DNA of 63,677 nucleotides, the filler included, from Octopus bimaculoides (Eukaryota), in NCBI RefSeq assembly GCF_001194135.2. It is 7 parts of 7 records of this genome, joined end to end, with 100 filler letters (N's around TTAATTAATTAA, not from the genome) between each part and the next. Parts side by side here need not be neighbours in the genome. Positions count along the whole stretch, not along the records: positions 51,048 to 58,180 come from NC_068984.1; positions 58,281 to 62,432 come from NC_068987.1; 5 more parts are not named here. The stretch is one strand, 5' to 3'. Positions within the stretch are counted from its first letter, which is position 1; each line of letters starts with the position of its first letter. Positions 51,143-61,429 of the stretch are shown here, in pieces. The translations under genes were made by a program, and so were the position numbers. The notes beneath the pieces are model-generated. The model was not told the DNA's origin. It did not search any database and saw only the letters and a list, made by a program, of their open reading frames with translations.

Positions 51143-51215
51143 ATGCAGCTGATGAGGACTAATCAGATTTACGTTGTGAAACGTATTTGAAGAGTCTGAA
51201 ACCTGGGTACTGCAT
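51143..51215 (+). ncRNA. Type I hammerhead ribozyme, copy 1
   Basis: atgcag-CTGATGA-ggact[...]agtct-GAAA-cctgg-GTA-ctgcat: 6-bp stem I, 5-bp stem II base, minimal stem III, and predicted cleavage after 51209. Confidence 0.8.
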
Positions 51216-51580
51216 TATCCTTAATCTGGGTTGTCCATTTTCGAATGTTCTTCCTAAGGTAAGACAAGTTTTTCATGTTTGTTGCACACACGCATTTTTG
51301 CCAGTATATACGCAGTGAAGCTATACAATAGCGTCGTATTTGTATCGATTGCTATTGTCTGGTAAATATCGGTGCCTTGTTGTACCACTCTTATGAATTT
51401 ATATATATACCCTTATAGGGCTATTTTTTGCTGGAAATTAATACATTTGTATTAATACATTTGTATTGAAATATTTTTCATTGATAACTTCTTCACTGTT
51501 TTCAGTTCTGTTAACGGCTGGGGGTTCGGGCGAGTATACTTGGCATTGATGTGGCAACATTTGAAATATTGTCTAGGTAA

Positions 51581-51653
51581 ATGCAGCTGATGAAGACTGA
51601 ACAGATTTACGTTGTGAAACGTATTTGAAGAGTCTGAAACCTGGGTACTGCAT
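51581..51653 (+). ncRNA. Type I hammerhead ribozyme, copy 2
   Basis: atgcag-CTGATGA-agact[...]agtct-GAAA-cctgg-GTA-ctgcat, with predicted cleavage after 51647. Confidence 0.8.
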
Positions 51654-52061
51654 TATCCTTAATCTGGGTTGTCCATTTTCGAATGTTCTTCCTAAGTTAA
51701 GACAAGTTTTTCATGTTTGTTGCACACACGCATTTTTGCCAGTATATACGCAGTGAAGCTATACAATAGCGTCGTATTTATATCGATTGCTATTGTCTAG
51801 TAAATATCGGTGCCTTGTTGTACTACTCTTATGAATTTATATATATATATATATATAAGGTTGAGGAGGGTATTGGATTTAACCAAACCCAAGAGGATAC
51901 AGGTAATACCGAGTAAGTGCTGTACACCGACTAGTTTGCCCCAGTCGTTGTATGAACAAGATTGGGTATTATAAGTCGTGTATTAGCGTGTGTATATGTA
52001 AATATATAAAAATAAAAAGATAAAGAGAAGATAAAGGTTGGAGAAGTATTTTATGGATAGA

Positions 52062-52110
52062 GTCTTACAGCTGTTTCTGGGAAGATCCAGTACTTCCCTT
52101 CATCGGAGGC
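52062..52110 (-). ncRNA. Minimal hammerhead, inverted copy with a stem I mismatch
   Basis: rc: gcct-CCGATGA-agggaag tactggat cttccca-GAAA-cagct-GTA-agac. Confidence 0.5.
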
Positions 52111-52350
52111 AGATTCTGTCTTCATGACTTGACCTAATTACCGCTCACTTTTCACTTGACTTGGCCATTCTTCAAGTAAACAAAAAAAAATCCATCGCAA
52201 TATGGAATATATGTACNNNNNNNNNNTACTACTGGAATGAAACTACACTTCAAGTACTGTTTTCTCTTTTTTCAGCACATCACACTCTTTACCACTTCAT
52301 ACTAAAAATATCCGCCTATGGATATAATAATAGATTACTTTATTTTTTCT

Positions 52351-52399
52351 GTCTCCGATGAAGGGAAGTACTGGATCTTCCCAGAAACAGCTGTAAGAC
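52351..52399 (+). ncRNA. Minimal type I hammerhead of a second PLE family (U4-to-C core variant)
   Basis: gtct-CCGATGA-agggaag tactggat cttccca-GAAA-cagct-GTA-agac: stem I gtct/agac, 6-bp stem II, and palindromic CAGCTG in stem III. Confidence 0.65.
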
Positions 52400-52500
52400 T
52401 CTATCCATAAAATACTTCTCCAACGTTACCATTGCTCTCTTTATCTTTTCATTTTTATATATTTACATATATATATATATATATATACACACATACATAC

Positions 52501-52533
<33 letters not shown>

Positions 52534-53149
52534 TGTATGTATGTATGTATGTATGTCAAGAAAAACAACATGTTTTAAATCTCTGAACGAGAGAAATACA
52601 GTAACAGTACCGGATAGTAATATTTATTAGCCAACATAACGTGGGAGTCCTGTAAAGGACGATGCTACTGTTGTTTTAGCTCCAGGAAAACATATTTTCC
52701 AACTGGCTGACGACACAGTCTATGTTCGTATATAGCATTTGCAAGGGAGGTCATCGCTCCCATCTCTAGCCTTTACTGTTATTGTATTTCTCTCGTTCAG
52801 AGATTTAAAACATGTTTTTCTCGATACGGAATCAGTAACTGTGTGTCGTTTAGAGAATATATAGTATTTGCGAGCGGAGATAGCTTTCGTTATTAACTGG
52901 TAATTGTGTTACACTGAAGACGGATGACATCCAGAAACCTAGATCTGTGTGTATTGCGTAAGGCTAGAAATGGGAGTGATGACCTCCCTTGCAAATGCTA
53001 CATATTGACACAGACTGTGTGTCGTTAACCATCTGGAAAATAGGTTTTCCTGGGGCTAAAACAACAGTAACATCATCCTTTTCCTTTCTGCCACGTTATG
53101 TTGGCATATAAACATTACTATATATACCGTGATGTCATTGGTAAGAAGT

Positions 53150-53591
53150 GTATTCAGGATGCTGAAGGTACAATCACTATTGAGCTATTGATATTGAGAA
53201 CAAGAAAGTGGCGTTTTATGAGATGCTGATGAACATGGAGAAATGTATAGGGACAAAGAGGGACTTCTTCATGGTGATCCTACAGAGAGACCAGCAGTTC
53301 AAGTTGATAGCAACGCGATAGATAAAACGATTAAAGACATTCACTTCTACTCGCCTCGTACCTTGAGTGTCCACCTTAATACCTCATTAACATTACTATT
53401 ATCTTTTTCCTAGATTCAGATCCATCAAGGATAGTTACGGAGATACTCGAAATATTTGATAAAGTAGGATACTTGATGACCATCCAGGTACTTAAATAAA
53501 ATTATACAGGAAGGTGTCATAGCCATTGACTGGCGTAGTAGTGTTATTGTGACGTGCCACAAATGCAAAAGTGGTGTGTTGGAGAGAGAGG

Positions 53592-53675
<84 letters not shown>

Positions 53676-54300
53676 ATAGTAATGGTGGAATCATACAAAT
53701 GGACCATGTTATGAAGGTCGCGGAAAAAAGTTATTGTACAATTGATCCGTGACAGAGTATATCGAGTTTGGCCACCAGCCCCGAAGAAATATTGCAGATG
53801 TTATCTTACTGGTGAGGCTTACTTCACCAGCTCATATGTATCATTGATCATCCCCACCCTTACTCATCATTCACTACCTCTACCCATCAACGCTACCCAA
53901 TCACTAGTCGTCACCTACTCTATTATACTGACCCTCCAAAGTATACTTATCATCTCTCGACAATAGCTCTTCATCTATTACAGTCATCTCCTCATCCATT
54001 TCCCATCTCTAATCATCTCTTACTCTCCCCGTACACTCTTGCAACGTATATCCACCCACTATTCCGGTTTTTCTTTTCGCACTCACTCCTACTCACCTCG
54101 TACCCTGACTGTTCACCCTAATACTTCAGCAGCACTATTATTATTTTTTCCACCTCCACATTGGTTACTCTTATAATCTCGTCTATAATGTGAGTTGCCA
54201 TGTTGCTTATCACAGCAAAGAACTTGTTCTGTTCTGGCTTTCTTTCTGTCATAACTTCAACCCTTCATCTCTACTGTAGTCCTACTCAGTCGAAGGACAT
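53150..54300. mobile_element. RTE-clade LINE remnant: RT N-terminal part on + (53150-53825), decayed 3' part probably on - (53830-54300)
   Basis: DKEGLLHGDPTERPAVQVDSNAIDKTIKDI; IIQEGVIAIDWRSSVIVTCHKCKSGVLER-(GA)n-ENSNGGIIQMDHVMKVAEK; EFGHQPRRNIADVILLVR. Confidence 0.7.
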
Positions 54301-54319
54301 TTTAGTTTTACATACTACA

Positions 54320-54690
54320 TGGCGGTGGTTAGGGCAGCGGACTCGCGGTCATAGGATCGCGGTTTCGATTCCCAGACCGGGCGTTGTGAGTGTTTATTGA
54401 GCGAAAACACCTAAAGCTCCGCGAGGCTCCGGCAGGGGATGGTGGCGAACCCTGCTGTACTCTTTCACCACAACTTTCTCTCACTCTTACTTCCTGTTTC
54501 TGTTGTGTCTGTAATTCAAAGGGTCGGCCTTGTCACACTGTGTCACGCTGAATATCCCCGAGAACTACGTTAAAGGTACACGTGTCTGTGGAGTGCTCAG
54601 CCACTTGCACGTTAATTTCACGAGCAGGCTGTTCCGTTGATCGGATCAACTGGAACCCTCGATGTCGTAAGCGACGGAGTGCCAACAACT
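54320..54690 (+). mobile_element. Long tRNA-headed SINE, full length
   Basis: ggcggtggttagggcagcggactcgcggtcataggatcgcggtttcgattcccagacc (A/B-box-like head); the body matches 26570-26950 in reverse. Confidence 0.82.
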
Positions 54691-54929
54691 GTATGGCGAT
54701 CTCAATAGTGCTAGTTCCACGAAGAAAAACACCCAAAAACACGCTGTAAAGTGATTGGCGTAACGGAGAGTAACCAAGCAAAGAAGACATTGGAGCATGA
54801 TGCAGTTTCCAGGCCTATCGGATCCTGTCAAACCGTTAAAACCCATGTCAGAATGGAACATGAACGATAACTGATGATGATAATAATAACAACAATGATG
54901 ATAGTGATGATGATGATGATGATGATGAC

Positions 54930-54977
<48 letters not shown>

Positions 54978-55320
54978 AAAGAAACGTGTGTGTGTACATA
55001 CATACATATATGTATACACACACACATATACATGCATACATAAATACACGAGCACACACACACACACACGCACACGCACACGCACGCGCACACGCACACA
55101 CACGCACGCGCATAAACTCGCGCTCGCACAAACAAACGTATCGGCTTACTGTGTCGCTTTGTGCATTTAACATAGGCTAACATCTAAGGTCAGATTACTG
55201 ACAGCTCTTCAAGACAAGGATTCAGAGACACATAGAAAACACATCCGAAGAAAGGATTCTAACTTGTGTTTATCTTTTTAAGTAGGTCTATGATGAGCTT
55301 ATGTGTATTCGGTAATTCAT

Positions 55321-55391
<71 letters not shown>

Positions 55392-56013
55392 NNNNNNNNN
55401 NNNNNNNNNNNNNNNNNNNNNNNNNNNNNNNNNNNNNNNNNNNNNNNNNNNNNNNNNNNNNNNNNNNNNNNNNNNNNNNNNNNNNNNNNNNNNNNNNNNN
55501 NNNNNNNNNNNNNNNNNNNNNNNNNNNNNNNNNNNNNNNNNNNNNNNNNNNNNNNNNNNNNNNNNNNNNNNNNNNNNNNNNNNNNNNNNNNNNNNNNNNN
55601 NNNNNNNNNNNNNNNNNNNNNNNNNNNNNNNNNNNNNNNNNNNNNNNNNNNNNNNNNNNNNNNNNNNNNNNNNNNNNNNNNNNNNNNNNNNNNNNNNNNN
55701 NNNNNNNNNNNNNNNNNNNNNNNNNNNNNNNNNNNNNNNNNNNNNNNNNNNNNNNNNNNNNNNNNNNNNNNNNNNNNNNNNNNNNNNNNNNNNNNNNNNN
55801 NNNNNNNNNNNNNNNNNNNNNNNNNNNNNNNNNNNNNNNNNNNNNNNNNNNNNNNNNNNNNNNNNNNNNNNNNNNNNNNNNNNNNNNNNNNNNNNNNNNN
55901 NNNNNNNNNNNNNNNNNNNNNNNNNNNNNNNNNNNNNNNNNNNNNNNNNNNNNNNNNNNNNNNNNNNNNNNNNNNNNNNNNNNNNNNNNNNNNNNNNNNN
56001 NNNNNNNNNNNNN

Positions 56014-56085
<72 letters not shown>

Positions 56086-56929
56086 ACAAGTCTAAAAGTG
56101 CAGAAGGGAGTACGGTTTTTTGAATGTAGTTTGTACTGCAGACGTTAGAAAATTATCAAGTATTTTGATTTGTTACCAAAACAGCTGGTATCCAGGTGAG
56201 AAACGGATTAAAAGTGTAGGTAACTATGTTGACAGTTTGTTAGTTAGTTTGTTGGCAGGTAGTACGAAAGTTTATACAGAGGTGGGTAGTTTCTCTACTT
56301 TAACAGATGTCATGGCTTCCAATGCAATTACGGACAGCTGAGTTTTTTGTATGGTTGGCGAGTTTTTTCTAGGTTTTGTTTTTCTGTGAGAGAAGTATCG
56401 TTTCGTTTATACAAGAGTCATCTACCACCAGCTAAAATAACGCTAGCTATATATTACGTATTCTAAATACACTACAAAGAGAAAGCCGCTGGAAAAGGCC
56501 AAACGAATGATTCAAAATGAGGAAACTATGTCACAGAAAGATCAAAATATCAATAAAAACAAAACTGAGAAAAACAAGCAATGTTATATAATCGACACCC
56601 TGTACCAGATACAAAGACAAGACGAGGTGGAAGTATTATTCTATGACATTGTATAACACGATTTTTATCCTTGGGTAGCAACTGTTATTTCCTGTTTGCT
56701 TACTCCTAGAAAGTATGAAAAATGACAAATATTTCTTCAAACTTTGTTTTTGAATCTGTCCGAAATGTAGTGGAAAATAGACCAGTCCCAAAACATTGAT
56801 GTCCATGTCACAAACGCAAAGTTTGAAGCGAATATTAGACATTTCTTTAGATTTCTTGACAGAAGCAAATATGATAACATATACTGACCAAAGACAAAAT
56901 AACAAAACCATTTTCTGATAAAGTATATT

Positions 56930-57095
56930 AGGCGCAGGAGTGGCTGTGTGGTAAGTAGCTTGCTTACCAACCACATGGTTCCGGGTTCAGTCCCACTGCG
57001 TGGCACTTTGGGCAAGTGTCTTCTACTATAGCCTCGGGCCGATCAAAGCCTTGTAAGTGGATTTGGTAGACGGAAACTGAAAGAAGCCCGTCGTA
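56930..57095 (+). mobile_element. tRNA-derived SINE head followed by (TA)n and a gap
   Basis: aggcgcaggagtggctgtgtggtaagtagcttgcttaccaaccacatggttccgggttcagtcccactgcgtggcac... Confidence 0.88.
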
Positions 57096-57129
<34 letters not shown>

Positions 57130-57635
57130 NNNNNNNNNNNNNNNNNNNNNNNNNNNNNNNNNNNNNNNNNNNNNNNNNNNNNNNNNNNNNNNNNNNNNNN
57201 NNNNNNNNNNNNNNNNNNNNNNNNNNNNNNNNNNNNNNNNNNNNNNNNNNNNNNNNNNNNNNNNNNNNNNNNNNNNNNNNNNNNNNNNNNNNNNNNNNNN
57301 NNNNNNNNNNNNNNNNNNNNNNNNNNNNNNNNNNNNNNNNNNNNNNNNNNNNNNNNNNNNNNNNNNNNNNNNNNNNNNNNNNNNNNNNNNNNNNNNNNNN
57401 NNNNNNNNNNNNNNNNTGTACATGAGATGCCGTAATTATACCTGCATTACATATATTTCGTTCGTATAAATATCAAATGAAGTTTTTTTCCCAAAAGATT
57501 TTTCGGCAGTGTAGTGAATTTGAATTCCTACATCTGGATGTTTGAAATATAGGAACGCTCGAAGGTACAAATATGCATACAGACAGATGTTCGCATCGTA
57601 TGTATATGTATATATATATATATATATATATACAT

Positions 57636-57666
<31 letters not shown>

Positions 57667-58084
57667 TTATACACACACCTAAAACGCATGGTGTAAGACA
57701 CCTCAAAATCATAGACAGGCGAGATAACTTACCTTCAATCCCATTTGGATGTGATGGACACCGGGTGTTTCGCTATTGCTGTGGCTTGTCAACACCACGT
57801 ACTCGCCTGGGTTGATGGCAAGTTACCTAGCCAGTCCCCGACTTATATGCTCATAGCTTGTAAAATTGTGTGTTGGTATGTCCGGAAATTGTATACATAA
57901 TAGAAAATTTAGATATGAAATAAAGGCAGCTCGGTATAATAAATATTATTAACTATATATATACTTAATTATATATAATATATATGTTTTGTGTACTTTC
58001 CAGTGGCTGCAATGGAGTGGCGGAGCGTATGTACTCCCAAAGCGCTGGGTGTAAAACACCTCAAAGTCATGGACATTTATATAT

Positions 58085-58135
<51 letters not shown>

Positions 58136-58524
58136 AATATATATACATATATATACATATATATACACACATATATATATNNNNNNNNNNNNNNNNNNNN
58201 NNNNNNNNNNNNNNNNNNNNNNNNTTAATTAATTAANNNNNNNNNNNNNNNNNNNNNNNNNNNNNNNNNNNNNNNNNNNNGGGGTCGATTTGTTCGACTA
58301 AAGGCGGTATTCCAGCATGGCCGCAGTCAAATGACTGAAATAAAAGAATATGTGCGTGTGTGTGTATGCTTCTGTGTGTGTGTGTGTGTGTATTGGGTGC
58401 TTGCTCTGGTAGGAAGATGTGTTTAGGAAGTACGTGAACTATGTACTTTCGGGTTCAATCCCACTGTCTCGCAGTATCTTGGACAAGTGTTTTTTTTTAC
58501 AATAACCTCAGACAATCTCTTTTA

Positions 58525-58915
58525 CTCTTTTACTTGTTTCGCTCATTTGAATGCGACCATGCTGGAGCACCGCCTTTAGTCGAACAAATCGACCTCAGGT
58601 CTTATTCTTTCTAAGCCTAGTACTTATTGTATCGTTCTCGAATTACGAACCGCTAAGTTACAGGGACGTAAACACACCAACATCGTTTGTCAAGCGAAGG
58701 TGGTGGTGGGGTAACAAACAGACACACAAATACATACATGTATAAATAGATATATATATATAAACGACAGGCTTCTTTCAGTTTCCGTCTACTAAATCCA
58801 CTCGCAAGGCTTTAGTCGGCCCGACGCTATAGTAGAAGACAGTTGTCCAAAGTGCCACGCAGTGGGACTGAGCCCAGAACCATGTGGTTGGTAAGCAAGC
58901 TACTTACCACACAGC
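58525..58915 (-). mobile_element. Full-length composite SINE
   Basis: Same organisation as 40818-41208. Confidence 0.85.
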
Positions 58916-58939
58916 GACATGTATATATTTATGAATAGG

Positions 58940-58976
<37 letters not shown>

Positions 58977-59190
58977 TGATTGATTGATTAATGCATCTGT
59001 GTGCTGTGTGTCTGTCCCCACAGCGCTTGACATACAATTTAAGTTCTTTTTATTTTTTTTATCGTGTCCGAAACTTAGATGTCCGGCAATAATTGAACGC
59101 TTGGAGCACCAAGCTTAAAACAAATAGTTCCTGCGGTCAGTTTTCAAGCGATGCCCCATTATGGGCACAGTCCAGTGACTGAAACAACAA

Positions 59191-59228
<38 letters not shown>

Positions 59229-60624
59229 NNNNNNNNNNNNNNNNNNNNNNNNNNNNNNNNNNNNNNNNNNNNNNNNNNNNNNNNNNNNNNNNNNNNNNNN
59301 NNNNNNNNNNNNNNNNNNNNNNNNNNNNGAGAGAGAGAGAGAGAGAGAGACAGACAGATAGACAGACAGAGAGTGAGAGAGAGAGAGAGAGAAACAACAC
59401 AAATATTATTTAGGTTATAATCCAAGCTGTGCCCTCATGAAGCACAACTGCAAATGCTAGTATTCCAAAGTCGTGTGTCGGTGTTATACTTGTGTAAAGT
59501 ATGCATAAGAGTTGAAAATTACTTGAAAAATCTTTTTTATAGAGTAATTACACATCAAAACAGGAGATTGGAAAAAAACATTTAGGTATTGTTTGTTCGC
59601 CATTATTTATTCATGAGGAATAAACAATACCCAAATTATTATTCTTTTTTCGACTGCCTACTTTGATACACACACACATAGATATATGTAAATATTTTTA
59701 CATACACATGTTTTCCTGTATGTTTATGTACACACACACACTCTCTCTCTCTCTCTATATATATATACTTACATACACACTCATATATATTTAGTGTCTG
59801 TACGCACCACCTCTCCACCATTATTACATCCCCAGCTTTATAAAGCAAGAAGAAGAGAGACGTGACAAATCTACCCCACGCTGAACTGGTTTAACTGGCT
59901 GCTGAATGGTTGTCGTTTTGTATCTTACCACTTGTTACTTACGTGTGTGCGTGCTCGCGCGCGCGTTTATGTGTGATATAACTGAGTAGAACTTTTGAGA
60001 GTCTCCCTTCTATCTCAGCCCTTCAATCACACTCCCTTATTCACATTACAATGCAGTGCGTAGTTACAGTACCCCTTTTCTTCATTTCCTTCCCTATTTT
60101 TCATTTGTTCTAGTCTAGTCTAGTCTGTCTGTCTGTCTCTGCATTTATCTAGACATCAATCTTGCTCTCAGTCCATATTCTTTAATTCTTTTATGCTTTT
60201 ACTGCTATCGGACATTCGACTGCAGCCATGCTGGAGCACCGTCTTAAAGGGTTTTTAGTCGATGAAATCGATCCCAGGGCTTTATTGTTTGTAAGTCTAA
60301 GTTCTTATTCTAACGGTCTCTAATGTCGAACAGCTGAGTTACGTGAACGTAAACACACCAACATCGGTTGACAAGTGATGGTGGTGGGGAAAACAGAGAC
60401 ACAAAGATACACATAAATTTATATATATATATGTGAGACATGAAGACACATAAATTCATATATATATGTATATATATATATATACTAATATATACTTTTG
60501 TTATTTACACCACCTGTCCTCGTCTGTTGTTATTTTTTGTATATTCTCCCATATNNNNNNNNNNATATATGTGAGACATGAAGACACATAAATTCATATA
60601 TATATGTATAAATACATATATCTG

Positions 60625-60713
60625 TAAAACTCCGAGTTTCGGATGTCGGGGCGGAAAACCACGCCGACATCTCTTCAGTTATCGGACCCCAACATCCGAA
60701 ACTCGGAGTTTTA
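60625..60713. mobile_element. Miniature hairpin/MITE-like element with a perfect 22-bp terminal inverted repeat
   Basis: taaaactccgagtttcggatgt (60625-60646) and acatccgaaactcggagtttta (60692-60713). A related one-ended sequence lies at about 62743-62800. Confidence 0.65.
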
Positions 60714-61429
60714 TCATGGGTACCGAATAATTGTCACGTATTATATTTACAGATAAATTCCTCTATTTACATAATATCGAGGTCTCTTTCATTCTTTTGT
60801 TGTCTTACCATTTCTATCAATATATATATTCGCTATGCCTCTCTCTCTCTCTCCCATCTATTTCTCTATCCTTTTCTAAGTTTTCTGACGTTGGTGGCCA
60901 TCATTTTTACTCCTTTCTCTCTGGTTGGCATTTCTTCCTCCTGTTTTGTCATTCCTTCGTTATATTTCCTTCCGTCATTCCTTTCTATTTTCCTCGCCGC
61001 GTTTCCATTTTTTTTTTCTTTTCGTTCTCCGTTTCTTGCTTGCTTGCCTGCCTTCTTTTCTTTCAGTATTCCTTTTCTTCTTTGTTTTTCACACGAGGAA
61101 AAGAGAAGACAATTAAGAAATTGTCTTCTCGTTTCCTCGTGTGCTGTCAATTCTGTCTCTGCTTCTGTCTGTCCGCCTGTCTTGTCTGCCTGTCTTGTCT
61201 GCCTGTTTTGTCTGCCTGTCTCTCTCCTTCTCTCTCTTTCTATCCCTTTTCCTGGTCGGTTTCTCTCTCTAACATGTCTGCCTCTCTCTCTCTCTGTCCT
61301 TCTTTCTGTCTGTCGGCCTGTCTGTCTTCTTCCTCTCTATTTCCTTCCTTGTTCCTCTCCACTTTTTTCTCACCTTCTTCCACACTTTCTCCTTCCCTTC
61401 TCTATAGTTTCAAATTTTGTCACGTGGTC

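Larger units (their letters stand above)
51048..51850 (+). mobile_element. PLE terminal repeats: two tandem copies (about 51143-51405 and 51581-51840) and an inverted partial copy (51048-51142)
   Basis: Near-identical direct repeats of about 260 bp. 51048-51142 is the reverse complement of the repeat's 3' part. Each direct copy starts with a hammerhead motif. Confidence 0.75.

Noticed and set aside
51143-51840. Direct repeats here and at 21990-22108 as a CRISPR-like array
   Set aside because: No repeat-spacer alternation, the context is eukaryotic, and they are explained by PLE terminal repeats and a minisatellite.
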